Notes under the pieces: model-generated
Database searches by the model: none
The model's input: only the letters and a program-made list of their open reading frames with translations
What the model was told of the DNA's origin: nothing
Assembly: GCA_030390025.1 (NCBI GenBank)
Contig: CM059432.1
Coordinates: 58,220,001-58,284,000 of the forward strand
DNA: 64,000 nt
Source: Squalus acanthias
Taxonomy: Eukaryota
Direction of reading: 5' to 3'
Part shown: positions 1-13,039 of the stretch, piece after piece
How positions within the stretch are numbered: the first letter of the stretch is position 1
How the letters are laid out: each line of letters begins with the position of its first letter
Position numbers and translations under genes: made by a program

Positions 1-655
1 CCCTCTTATTTTCTTTTTCACTTCTCCTCTGAACTTTCTATATTTAGCCTGATTCTCAGATGTATTCTCGACCTGACATCTGTAATACGCGCTCTTTTAC
101 TGCTTCATCTTACTCTCTATCTCTTTCATCATCCAGGGAGCTCTGACTTTAGTTGCCCTACTTTACCCCCGAGTGGGAATGTACCTCGACTGTACCCAAA
201 CTATTTCCTCTTTAAATGCAGCCCATTGTTCCACTACAGTTTTGCCTGCCAATCTTTGGGGGTGATTTTGCCAATGGGGGCGCGTTGGAGGCGGGACTGC
301 TGCTTGTTGGGTTTTAGTCCTGCCTCCATCGACTTGTGGCCAACCCACGCTATTTTCCCTTGATTGACCTTGTTAAGCCTGCCCAGCAGGCTTAGCAGGC
401 CAATTAAGGGGAAGCCGGTTACAGAGAACGTCAGCGTATGATGTTTCATCTGTCAAAAATTTTTGACAGATGAATTGTCATCGTTTGACAGCTCTGTGAA
501 GCTGTCAAACACTGACATTCTCTGTTGTTTGATGAGTCCTTGTATTCAAGACTCATCAAACCTATCTGCTGAGCAGAAATCAGATGGCTGTTGCATCGGA
601 GAATGCAGCAGCAATCTGTCATCTCTGCCGGTGAGATGCGGGAGTCTTCGGTTTC

Positions 656-3236
656 ATAAGAACATAAGAACATAAGAAATAGGAGCAGGAGTAGGCCAAT
701 CGGCCCCTCGAGCCTGCTCCGCCATTCAATAAGATCATGGCTGATCTGATCCTAACCGCCAATCTACTATCACAGAACCATCTCCTGCATCTAACAGAAT
801 TGCACACACGAAATAGGAGCAGAATCAGGCTACACGGTCCCTGGGCCCGCTCCACTACCCACAGGGCCATGACCGATCCGAACCTAGACTCATGTCCAAA
901 TTCCTGCCCGCTCCCCGTAACCCTTAATGCCCTTTACTTCTAGGAAACTGTCTATTTCTGTTTTAAATTTAATTAATGTTGTAGCTTCTACAGCTTTTTG
1001 TGGCAGCATATTCCATGGACCTACCACCCTCTGAGTGAAGTAGTTCCTCCTCATCTCAGTTTTGAAAGAGCAGCCCCTTATTCTAAGACTATGTCCCCTA
1101 GTTCTAGTCTCACCCGTCATCGGGAACATCCTCCCCGCATCCACCCGATCCAACCCCTTCACAATCTTATATGTTTCAATAAGATCGCCTCTCATTCTTC
1201 TGAACTCCAATGAGTAGAGTCCCAATCTACCCAACCTCTCCTCATATGACCACCCCCTCATCCCCGGGATTAACCAAGTGAACCTTTTTTGCACTGCCTC
1301 GAGAGCAAGGATGTCTTTCCTTAAGTAAGGACACCAAAACTGTATGCAGTATTCCAGGTGCGGTCTCACCAATACCTTGTACAACTGAAGCAATACCTCC
1401 CTATTTTTATATTCTATCCCCCTAGCAATGAAAGCCAACATTCCATTTGCCTTCTTAATCACTTGCTGCACCTGCATACTAACCTTTTGAGTTTCGTGCA
1501 CCAGGACCCCCAGATCCCTTTGCACTTCAGTACTCTCCAGTTTCTTGCCATTAAGATAATAAATTGCTCTAGGATTTTTCCTGCCAAAGTGCATCACCTC
1601 ACACTTTCCAGTGTTGTATTCCATCTGCCAAATCTCTGCCCACTTATTTAGCCTGTCTATGTTCCCTTGCAGGTTTTTTATGTCCTCCTCACTCACTACT
1701 TTCCCTCCCATCTTAGTATCATCTGCAAATTTTGATATGTTACACTTGGTCCCTTCCTCCAAATCGTTAATATAGATTGTGAAGAGTTGGGGACCCAGCA
1801 CTGACCCCTGTGGAACACCACTAGTTACTGATTGCCAGTCTGAGAATGAACCATTTATCCCAACTCTTTGCTTTCTGTTAGATAGCCAATCCTCTATCCA
1901 TGCCAGAATATTACCCCCAATCCCGTGATTTTTTACCTTAAGCAATAATCTTTTGTGTGGCACCTTGTCAAATGCCTTTTGGAAGTCTAAATACACTACG
2001 TCCACTGGTTCCCCTTTATCCACTCTATATGTTACTTCCTCAAAGAACTCCAGCAAATTTGTCAAACATGACTTCCCCTTCGTAAAACCATGCTGACTTT
2101 GTCCTATTAAATTATGATTCTCCAAATGTCCTGTTACTATTTCCTTAATAATGGACTCCAAAATTTTACCTACCACAGATGTTAGGCTAACCGGTCTATA
2201 ATTACCAGCCTTCTGTCTACTGCCCTTTTTAAATAAGGGTGTTACATTAGCAGTTTTCCAGTCTGCCGGGACCTTAGCGGAATCCAGGGAGTTTTGAAAA
2301 ATTATTACCAATGCATCTACAATCCCTACCGCCACTTCCTTCAAGACTCTAGGATGTAAGCCATCAGGTCCAGGTGATTTATCCGCCTTGAGTCCCATTA
2401 TTTTACCGAGTACCACTTCCTTAGTGATTTTGATCGTGTTTAGCTCCTCTCCCCCTATAGCCCCCAGTTTGTCCAGTGTTGGGATATTCTTAGTGTCCTC
2501 TACTGTAAAGACTGATACAAAATATTCATTCAGTGTTTTTGCCATCTCCATATTTCCCACCATTAATTTCCCGGTCTCATCCTCTAAGGGACCAACATTT
2601 ACTTTAGCCACCCTTTTTCTTTTTATATAACTATAAAAACTCTTACTATCTGTTTTTATATTTTTTGCTAATTTACTTTCATAATCTATCTTCCCTTTCT
2701 TAATCAATCTTTTTGTTATTTTTTGCTGCCTTTTAAAGTTTTCCCAATCCTCTGTCCTCCCACTAGATTTTGCTACCTTATATGCCCTTGTTTTTAGTCG
2801 AATACTATCCTTAATTTCTTTACTTAGCCACGGATGACTGTCCTTTCTTTTACACCCTTTTCTTTTCAGTGGAATATATTTTTTTTGGAAGTTGTAAAAT
2901 AACTCCTTGAATGTACACCACTGATCATGTGTCGTCTTACCCTTTAATCTATTTTCCCAATCCACTCTACTCAATTCCGCTCGCATACCTTCATAGTCTC
3001 CTTTATTCAAGCTTAGCACGCTTGTTTGAGATCCAACCTTCTCACCCTCTAATTGAATATGGAATTCAACCATGTTATGGTCACTCATTCCAAGGGGATC
3101 CTTTACTAGGACATTTTTAATTAATCCTGTCTCGTTACACAGGACCAGATCTAAGGTTGCTTGCCCCCTGGTCGGTTCAGTTACATACTGCTCAAGAAAC
3201 CCATCCCTAATACACTCAATGAACTCATCCTCAACT
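656..3236 (-). mobile_element. Young 5'-truncated CR1 LINE
   Basis: (CATAAGAA)n tail at ~656-678, 3' UTR stem-loop, uninterrupted ORF2. Confidence 0.95.
890..3236 (-). CDS. CR1 ORF2 (end of endonuclease plus reverse transcriptase), 5'-truncated but open
   Basis: 794-aa ORF with NYRPVSLTS, QHGF, YLDFQKAFD, GVPQGSVLGP, FADD. The first ~12 aa come from the flanking MITE. Confidence 0.9.
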
Positions 3237-4267
3237 GTTGAAGCCTGCAGGAAGAAACAAAGGTAAGTAAACATTTTCTATCACTTTTCACGCACCTCAC
3301 ATACTTACCTCTCCACTTTTGCACCCATCACTCACCTCCACAGCGCACTTTTGCACCCCTCCGACCCCCGCAGACCCACTGCTCGCCTCGCTGACCCTGG
3401 CGGGGTTTCCCGACACCGGGAAGCCCGCCCCTCTGCTGGAAAAATGGGGATAATCCTCTTAACTGCCTGTTAACAGGCAGTTAAGTGGCTGTAATCCCCT
3501 TCTCGCCTCCAGGAAATGGGACCTGGTGTGGGTCGGCTACCTGCTTCCTGGGAAGATGGCACGGAGGCAGGTTGGGGGCGGGATGGGTACCCGCCACCAG
3601 ATTCTGCCATTTTCCCGGCAGTCCCGCCTCCAAACTCGCCTCCCCACGGCTGGCAAAATCGCCCCCTCTGATTCCAATTTACTCGGGCCAGATCCGTACT
3701 CATCCCACTGAAATTGGCCTTCCTCCAATTAAGTATTTTTACTCTAGGTTGCTCCCTGTCCTTTTCCATAGCTAATCTAAACCTTATGATACTATGATCA
3801 CTGTTCCCTAAATGTTCACCTACTGACACTTGCTCCACTTGACCTACCTCATTCCCCAGAACCAGATCCAGCAATGCCTCCTTCCTCGTTGGGCCAGAAA
3901 CATACGGATCAAGAAAGTTCTCCTGAACACACTTCAGAAATTCTTCTCTCTTTCTGCCCTTTACACTATTACTATCCCAGTCTATATTAGGATAGTTGAA
4001 GTCCCCCATTATCAATACTCTATAGTTCATGCATCTCTCTGTAATTTCTCTGCAGATTTGCTCCTCCATATTTTTCCCACTATTTGGTGGTCTATAGAAT
4101 ACACCTAGTAGTGTAATGGCACCTCTATTATTTCTTAACTCTAACCAAATAGATTCTGTCCTTGACCCCTCCAGGACATCCTCCCTCTCCAGCACTGTAA
4201 CATTCTCCTTAATAAATACTGCCACACCACCTCCTATCTTTCCTTCCCTAGCTTTCCTGAATACCTT

Positions 4268-5160
4268 GGGGGAAAAATTCAGTTGGTTGCGCCTCCCGTT
4301 AGCGCCTTAAGAGGGCGCTAATGGGGCGCAAAGCATCTAGCGCCCGGGCGCGGCGAAGTTTGCACTGCTCGCGAAATTAACTAGACATTTTGCGGCGGCG
4401 CTAAACACTACCGCCACGATCTCCTGCGCCGGCAGATCATGACGTCAGTCGAGTGTGCAACGCCCCGGTATCGCCCCAGAGCGGATATTGAGTGGCGCCC
4501 CCTGCCTTACCGCCTGACGCTAGCAACGACAGGTTGAGGGGAGCGTTCTGCAGTCATGAAGGGAAAGGGGGAGCGCTATTTAAAGGTGACTGCTTCCTGC
4601 CTTTTATTGTTGGTGCCATTTTTGAACTACGCATTCTGAGAGAGAGAGGGAGAGACTTCTGGAGAGATTCAACGTTGTGTGAAGGAGTTTTGGGTACTGA
4701 GCAGCACTTTGCAGGTTCATTTTGATTTGCCATTCCTTGTATCGATTTAGCAGAGACTGTGGGGGCTGCATTCTGAGCTCTTGGCCTGGTACTCTCCATT
4801 GTTCTTTCCAGCACATTTGATGTGCAGGTCTCTCCAGGCCGAGATTCAAGGCTGCAATGAGTAGGATGTGGATGGAAAGCAAGATTAACCATCCCCTTTA
4901 AGAACTGGCCCGTGCCATTGTGTGTGTGTTCCATTGCTGACTGACATTACATGAGCTTCGCCAGCGCTCTGAGTTAGCGCCTCACTCCTCGGCCTTTGGG
5001 CCTTAAGACAGGTGTGCAGCGCCTGATTTAGCTCTCCACTCACCTCCCGGGGCGTTAAAAGTGAAGTTTCCAGTCAGTGGCGATAATTAGCGCCAGGCGC
5101 TAATCTTTGCGCCCGGACGATATTTGCGCCCCAAACGGGGCGCGACTGAATTTTTCCCCC
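4268..5160. mobile_element. Harbinger non-autonomous element (same family as 42816-46960, opposite orientation)
   Basis: TIRs GGGGGAAAAATTCAG and CTGAATTTTTCCCCC; TSD CTT (4265-4267, 5161-5163); both ends align by eye to the ends of 42816-46960. Confidence 0.92.
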
Positions 5161-6358
5161 CTTATATCCAGGAATATTTAACACCCAATCCTGCCCTTTT
5201 TTGAGCCAGGTCTCCGTTATTGCTATGACATCATATTCCCATGTGGCTATTTGCGCCTGCAGCTCACCAACCTTGTTTACTATGCTTCGCACATTCACAT
5301 ACATACACTGCAAACCTATATTAGACCATCGTGTGCTCTCTCTTAGTCTGACCCCACCTAATACCTTACTATTTCTTACTTTAGTGCTATCCGTCTCTCC
5401 CAATCCTTTGTGCCCTTTGTTTCTAATGCTACATCCTGGTGCCCATCCTCCTGCCAACTTTGTTTAAATCCTCCCCAACAGCACTGGCAAACCTCCCCGC
5501 GAGGATATCAGTGCTACGTTACCATTTTGACATAGTTTTATATCTGGGTTTCCATCTGGTCTATCATATATTTCCAGTAAAGTGGAATACAGACAAAAAT
5601 ATTATTGATTTAAATTTACCTTTACTATTGAAGAAAATTATGAATATGTGGACTGAGGGTAGGTTATTTATCAGGATTAAGAATTTTTTTTTTTAATGCA
5701 TGATAAACTTTGTTGCTTCGACATAATATGGTTAGATCAGGTTAGAGGAGGATAAGAAGGAATTTACATACAGACAACAGATGGCATTGTGAAACAAAGA
5801 GCTGCAGTCCCCCTCTCTGTTTTAATTTCACTGCTGTTTTAATCTTTTAAGAACAGCAGTAGTATTTCTGTACCAGAGTTGAAAACTGCAGTTCTTATTT
5901 ATCCAGTAAATACTGTGAAAGATGGCACTTTTATAATCATTTGCTTTCTTTAGTTCTATATTACAGTATTAAGTACCAGAAATTAATTAATGGCCCTTAC
6001 TTGCAACCTTTTAACGCGGGTATTTTTATTGAGGTCATTGATGATTTCCTGCCACAGTGTCCCTGCCCATCAGTGAGCATTTTGGGACCAATAATAGCGA
6101 TAATATTTTGTGTAGATGGCTGATATTTCGTGGAATATTATTAGAGATAAATAAATTAAATCTCAATTTCAACTTATTTTAGTTTTAAGTGAGGAACCTA
6201 GATGAAGGTCAAAGCCAACCGAACAGCACACCACCAAGGTTGAAAAGAATTAAAGGGAAGATGAGATAAATCAAGAATTAGTGATTAAGTGATGCGAAGC
6301 TTGGGTTTTAAAAGCCTGAAGATTGGAAGAGAAGGAAAAGACTGTGGAAAGTAAAGAG

Positions 6359-6756
6359 TGTGGTAAGGATAGGAATTTCTGTCTTTGGTTTTATATAGGT
6401 CAATTAGCTAGGGTGTAAAATGGCAGCCGCTCATTGACTAACTAACAAAATGGAAGATAACAAACTGTTACACGAAAGATCAGATCCCTTTTGATCAAGA
6501 ATTAGTTAAAATAAACATTCTTTAATATAGGATTGAATTGTATGTTATATAGATATATAAGAGCTTTGGCAGGTGTTAGAGTGGGGATTATTTTTGGAGT
6601 TTGCATAGTCAGCAGGGAACCTTGGCTTCCTCGCCGTGCATATTGGTAAATTATTCCCAATGCATGATTAACTTCTGACTAGTATTCCATTAAATCATTT
6701 TGTGTTTGTATTGTGTTTGATGGTGTGAGGCTGGAGAGGTTGTTCTTTTGATAACG
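6359..6756 (+). mobile_element. Possible degenerate solo LTR
   Basis: Starts TGTGGT, TATA-like GATATATAAG near 6552, ATTAAA near 6689. No clean TSD or terminal CA. Confidence 0.25.
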
Positions 6757-7287
6757 ATTGACTGTCTTCAATGGAAAAATGGTATGAGATGAGAATTTTT
6801 TACTGCTCAGAAGTTCTAGCAAGGACACATTAGGCATTGTGTGCATTTGTGATTCACGTGTTTTACGTGTAACATTTCATCCCGAAAGTAACACATTAAG
6901 GCTGAATATGACTTGATGACTTGTAACAAGAGAAGGCTCCACTGATTCATCTGAAGAATCTGGGGTCGATTTTGACATTTGGGCAACTGAGCGGCAGAGT
7001 GCACCCGCCTGGTGAAGAGCCCCACAATTCTAAGGCCCCAGCCTTATTTAAATTTGGCAGGCGAGCTGCGAGGTGTCAAGCTTCCAATGCAGCTTGTCGC
7101 ACCCCAATTCGGCATGATCCAATTTCTAGGCCAATTACACTTACAATAATTGTAGAATCAGTAGCATGTACTAACAACCCATGTAGGACATAATCTAGAT
7201 AATTAAAAATATTGATTCTAGCACCTATACATCACACTCAGCTGCATTAAGCTTGACAAATTCTTAAACAAATACTAGGCAACAAAA

Positions 7288-9940
7288 AGAAAGAAAGCAA
7301 GAAAGACTTGCATTTATATAGCACCTTTCCCGGCCTCAGGATGTCCCAAAGCGCTTTACAGCCAATGAAATTAGAAGTGCATGTAACAAGGGAAATACAG
7401 TAATCATGAGGGACTTTAACCTACATATTGACTGGGCAAATCAAATTACTACTAATGGTGTGGAGGACAAATTCTTAGAATGCATGCAAGATGGCTTCCT
7501 GGATCAGTATGTGGAGGAATCAACCAGGGAACAGGCTATTCTGGATCTGGTACTGTGTAATGAGAAAGGGCTAATCAATAATCTTGTGGTAAAGGGGCCT
7601 TTAGGGACAAGTGACCATAATATGATTGAATTTTAGATTAAGTTTGAGAGTGATGTAGTCCAATCTGAAACTAAGGTCTTCAATCTAAACAGAGGAAACT
7701 ACAAGGGTATGAGGGACAAGTTGGCCATGGTAGATTGGGAGACTACACTAAAAGGTATGAAGGTGGACATACAATGGCTAACATTCAAGGAAATAATGCA
7801 TAATTTGCAACAAACATATATTCCTCTAGGGCATAAAAACCCAAAAGGAAAAGTGATCCAACCATGGCTAACAAAAGAAATTAAAGCTAGTATTAAGTCA
7901 AAGGAGGAAGCTTATAAAGTTGCCAGAAAAAGCGGTCAGCCTGAGGATTGGGGTCTTTTTAGAAATCAGCAAAGGGGGACCAAGAAATTGATAAAGAAAG
8001 GGAAAATGGAATATGAGCACAAACTAGCGAAAAATATAAAAACAGATTGTAAAAGCTTCTATAGGTATGTGAAAAGGAAAAGACTGGCGAAGGTAAATGT
8101 AGGTCCTTTACAGTCAGAGACGGGAGAATTTATAATGGGGAATGAGGAAATGGCAGAGAAATTAAATAAATATTTATTTCTGTCTTCACGGAGGAAAACA
8201 CCAAAAACCTCCCAGAAATACGAGAAAACCAAGGGTGTGGTGAGAATGAGGAACTTAAAGAAATTATTATAGTAAAAAAACAGTACTAGCAAAATTAATG
8301 GGACTAAAAGTCGATAAATCCCAAGGACCGGATGACCAACATCCTCGGGTTTTGAAAGAGGTGGCCATTGGGATAGTGGACACATTGGTTGTCATCTTCC
8401 AAAATTCTATAGATTCTGGAACGGTCCCTGCAGATTGGAGGATAGCAAATGTAACCCCGCTATTTAAGAAAGGAGGGAGAGAGAAAGCGGGGAACTACAG
8501 ACCTGTTAGCCTCACATCAGTAGTTGGGAAAATGCTGGAATCTATTATAAAGGATGCAAATACTGGGCACTTAGAAACTAATAGTAAGATTGGGCAGAGT
8601 CAACATGGATTTATGAAAGGGAAATCCTGTTTAACAAACCTATTGGAGTTCTTTGAAGATGTAACTAGTGGAGTAGTCAAAGGGGAACTGGTAGATGTGG
8701 TGTATTTGGATTTTCAGAAGGCCTTCGATAAGGTCCCACACAAGAGGTTGGTAAACAAAATTAGGGCACATGGAATTGGGGGTAATATACTAGCATGGAT
8801 TGAGAATTGGTTAACAGATAGAAAACAAAGAGTAGGGATAAATGGGTCTTTTTCAGGATGGCAGGCTGTGACTAGTGGGATACCTCAAGGATCGGTGCTT
8901 GGGCCCCAGCTATTCACAATCTATATCAATGATTTGGATGAGGGGACTAAATGTAACATTTCCAAATTTGCTGATGATACAAAGCTTGGTGGCAGTGTCA
9001 GTTGTGAAGAGGATGTGAAGAGGCTTCAAGGGGATCTCAACAGGCTCAGTGAGAGGGCGAGAACATGGCAGATGGAATATAATGTGGATAAATGTGAAGT
9101 TATCCACTTTGGTAGAAAAAACAGAAAGGCAGAGTATTTCCTAAATGGTGAAAGATTAGGGAATGCAGATGCTCAAAGGGTACTGGGTGTCCTTGTACAT
9201 GAGTCACTGAAAGTGAATGTGCAGGTGCAGCAAGCCATTAGGAAGGCAAATGGTATGCTGGCCTTCATTACAAGAGGATTTGAGTACAGGAGTAAAGAAG
9301 TCTTACTCCAATTATATAGGGCCTTGGTGAGACCACACTTGGAGTACAGTGTACAATTTTGGTCTCCTTACCTAAGGAAGGATATACTTGCCATAGAGGG
9401 AGTGCAACGAAGGTTCACGAGATTGATTCCTGGGATGGCGGGACTGTCGTATGAGAAGAGATTGAGTAAACTAGGCCTGTATTCTCTTGAATTCAGAAGA
9501 ATGAGAGGGGATCCCATTGAAGCATACAAAATTATTACAGGGCTTGATAGGGTGGATGCTGGGAGAATGTTCCCCTTGGCTGGGGAGTCTAGAACCAGGG
9601 GCCACAGCCTCAGGATAAAGGGTAGGCCATTCAAGACTGAGATGAGGAGAAATTTCTTCACACAGAGGGTGGTGAATCTTTGGAATTCTCTACCCCAGTG
9701 GGCTGTGGAGGCTCAGTCACTGGGTATATTCAAAACAGAAGTCGATAGATTTCTGACTAGTAAGGGCATCAACGGATATGGCTCTAGGGCCGGTGAATGG
9801 AGTTGAGGCAGAAGATCAGCCATGATCTTACTGAATGGCGGAGCAGGCTCGAAGGCCGAATGGCCTACTCCTGCTCCTATTTCTTATGTTCTTCTTATGT
9901 TCTTAAATACTTTTGAAGTGTAGTCACTGTTGTAATGTAC
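7288..9940 (-). repeat. L2/DeuSINE-type 3' tail split by the CR1 at 7369-9905 (pieces ~7288-7368 and ~9906-9940)
   Basis: Reverse complement of the tail seen at 28600-28700; the halves ...agcgctttacagccaatgaa and tacttttgaagtgtagtcactgttg... rejoin. Confidence 0.8.
7369..9905 (+). mobile_element. 5'-truncated CR1 LINE with a stop and frameshift; RT portion 8298-9806 open
   Basis: Consecutive ORFs 7406..7636, 7709..8272 and 8298..9806 are CR1 ORF2; (TTCTTATG)n tail. Confidence 0.95.
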
Positions 9941-10536
9941 CAATGTACAAGCAACAAACAGCAAAAGTTACCAAAAAAATCAGTAAATTGCACAATACTA
10001 CCTATCCAATTATTGTTCTTCAATTTCTTTTAGATACCATGTTACTACCTAAAAACTATATTTAGAATATAATAAATATATAAAACAAATATCTCTGAAT
10101 AAATTACGTAACTTACCCCTTTAATTATTTATACTATCTTAAAAATGCCTCAAATTATTCATCCACATGGCCCTGCCCCTCCGTCTGGGACCTCAGTTTG
10201 GTTTTTGCCTTCCTGGATTGTCTTCTTTGCTGTTGACCACATGCAGCGGTCCTCTGTTTCTCCATTTTGGTTTTTTTTCTGGCATCTTCACTTGCTACCA
10301 ACTTTGTACTTCTCTGTGCCAGTTTTGGTGATCTCTGTCCATGTTCAACTCTTGACTAATTTGACAGACTCTTAAGGCATCCTCATTCAATCCTGAGGTA
10401 CACTGGAAAGAGTTCTGAGATAATGCTAATGTCCCAAACTCACACCTGATTGCTGGCCCCACAAAAGAACTTCTAGGCTTCAACCTACCCTCGGAACAAT
10501 GGTACACCTTGAACTGTTTCAGAACATTAGACAGCA

Positions 10537-11679
10537 TGAAGGGATATTTACTAGTCCTAGCCCCTTTAGGGCTACCCTGGATCAGGCTTATTTCTCAGAC
10601 GTTCACTTTCAACTAAAGTTTGAGGTAGCCGAATCCTAAAGATGCTTAATTGGGTCTAAAGGTCTGGGCTATCTCTCCCTAAAGGAAAGGAACAACCCGA
10701 GAATGTTACCGTCCTCCAGATAGCGCTTTTAATACGTTTAGCTAGACTGTAACGTCCCGGATATTATTAGGGTCCGGAAAACTCCCTCAGAATTCTGCAA
10801 CTCTTCATCAGAGTGTACAGAGATTGAATATGCGAGTTTTTGATACAGAAGACTTTTGTGAGACAATTCTAAAAATATATAAAGATTTATTAAAAGAACC
10901 GACATGTAATTTACAGTTGGTGAATCAGTCAATCGCAATGTTAACAGTTCTAAAAAGAGAAAACATACGATCTTTTTAACAGACAATCTCACTTTTAAAT
11001 CTTAACTTCGCTACAGTATTACAGTTCTTAAAGTTTTCTTATACAGGATATCTATCAATATCAAATACCTTTGCTCCCCGAGGTACAAAGAGTGGTAGAC
11101 TACAGAGCCACCTCTGAAGCAGAGAATCGCTTTGCCCGATTAAAGCGAGTCTGATATCCCATTTGAGAGTTCAATATTTATACCCTTTTCCAGTGGTATT
11201 TCCTTTAAGGTTTTCTGCTGATGCAAGTTAATTATCTCTATTCATCTTTCTGCCGACCTCTACAATTCATACTGTTACATCAGCCAGAATCTTGTCTCAA
11301 CTCCAGGTGTTCTGGGTTGACCATATAAAAACGGTGTGAATGGCAGGTGTTCCTTATTTTATGTCATCTTTACAAGGGCAGATGTTCCTTATCTTATGTG
11401 CCACCTTTACGAAGCTTAAATTAGAACACCTTATCGAGGGTGAACCATTGTTTTGTTCCCAAAAGGTCAGCTTGTCGGAGCCATGCTCCTTCTGTTTCAA
11501 TAAGGTTATTTATTCAGGGTCAACAACTGTCTTATCTCAATAGCCAGAATTCTTTCATAGCTATTTCATAGTTAGGTTTCTAAATTTCCAAACCCAGTTT
11601 GTCATGTTTTAATAAGGCCAGAATTCTTTCATAAGATAGTGTATTTTTCTAAATAGGTTATATGGCTTATTCCTTCACA
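10537..11679 (-). mobile_element. Probable solo LTR (1143 bp) of an ERV or LTR retrotransposon
   Basis: TG...CA termini, 4-bp TSD AGCA (10533-10536, 11680-11683), terminal IR TGAAGG/CCTTCA. Minus-strand TATAAATA (11175-11182) followed by AATAAA (10886-10891). 17-bp direct repeat at 11543 and 11617. Confidence 0.7.
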
Positions 11680-12234
11680 AGCAGATATGGTCATTTCTTA
11701 ATCCTTTGGAAGATGAGACAATGCATAATGTGACAGAAAACACCAGTTAAATGCTATCATATTGTAAATCTGTGCTCACCTCAGCAGCATCTCAGACTTA
11801 CACCAAGCTAGTTTTGAGGCTATTCACTGGCTCACTAATCTGGACTTGGTTATTTGAACATAGCTAATCACCTCTCTTGCCATACAAAAGTAATGGTAAT
11901 GTTGAACTCTTTAGCTGAGGAGCTTGATTGATCAGATTCAAAATCGTATTACTAAGGGAGAAAACTATCAACAGGAAGCTACATATGAAACCTGAGATCT
12001 CTAACTTAATGAACCCACAAAAGCCAACACCCATCAATACTGAAGTCACAATACTGATACCAAATCATGTTTCAAGTGGCGTTATGATGGCCACTCCACA
12101 TAATCCTTTTCAATCCATGTAATCTAGCTGTAGCATCACACTACTTTCTAAGACCCATATATTGCAAATTTTGGATCTGCACTAGATATTCTTTTGGAGT
12201 CAGCATTACTTGTCATTCCTGTAAGCAGTCCTTG

Positions 12235-12846
12235 GTGACAATTTTAACCCTGCCCGCCTAGTGGAAACCAGGTGCCTGGACAATTAAAATTACCCAAGTT
12301 ACTTACCCACCCTAGAGCCTCCAGGAGCTGGCAGGTAGCAATGACACCGTCGGGACCCAACTGCAATTTTTAGTCGGCTGCCTGAGTGAGAAGCTGCGGT
12401 GAGTTTCCTGCTAGACCAATGCATTGACAAACAAAATCGGGGCCAGAAGAGGCCCAAAGAGGTAAGCATTTTAAAGTTTTTATTTGACTTTTTATGTGGA
12501 GCCAGGAAGAGCAGGGGTACTCCTTCGGGCCCTACAAGGAAAGCTCAGGCCTCCCCTGCCACAAATTCACCCCTCTCCTGATTGTCGGGTCTCCACGGGA
12601 CTGCCCAGCAATCAATCCTGCCACTTCCCTGCTGTTGGCAGGTGGCCTCAGGGTCATGTGATTTTCTGCCGACTCCCGCACCCCCCCCCCCCACCCCAGA
12701 ATAGGAGGAAAGTCAGCTGCTGGGATTTACATGAGGCCTGGCCATTAAAATCGGCCTGTTCTCATTCTACCGGGCAAGCAGACAGGAAATTAACTTACCA
12801 GAGCAGTTTCCTGCTGGAAACCCATTACCAGTTACAATCTAGACCC
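12235..12846. mobile_element. Degenerate Harbinger-type MITE
   Basis: GC-rich island with imperfect TIRs (..ATTTTAAC / GTTACAAT..CCC) and TTG on both flanks. Confidence 0.5.
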
Positions 12847-13039
12847 TTGTGTTCCTTATGAATTGGAGAGTACCTCTACTGCCAAATGTCTACTTAACTA
12901 ATAGTGGGACCCAGCGATTGTAACAATGTTACTCTTATTACATGTACTGGATAATGTGATCTTGTATGTGCCACCTCTGCTAACATTTAGAAAGCAAACT
13001 GATAAACACTCTAGTGAGATGACGTCAATTTCTAAAAGC

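Larger units (their letters stand above)
258..3666. mobile_element. Non-autonomous PIF/Harbinger-type TIR element, itself interrupted by a CR1
   Basis: TIRs GGGGGTGATTTTGCCA (258) and TGGCAAAATCGCCCCC (ends 3666); 3-bp flanks TTT/TCT; the host CR1 rejoins across it. Confidence 0.8.
1..5510 (-). mobile_element. Old CR1 LINE (APE endonuclease/linker region) split into 1-257, 3667-4267 and 5161-~5510 by two Harbinger-type insertions
   Basis: ORFs 5074..5457 and 3470..4225 give CR1 endonuclease motifs (YVNVRSIVNK, IAITETWL, GVFYRPP, IMGDFN, LDLVL, SDH). The sequence reads continuously across the insertion junctions. Confidence 0.9.

Noticed and set aside
998..3266. Numerous plus-strand ORFs opposite the CR1 RT (also at other CR1s)
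   Set aside because: Antisense shadows of LINE ORF2.
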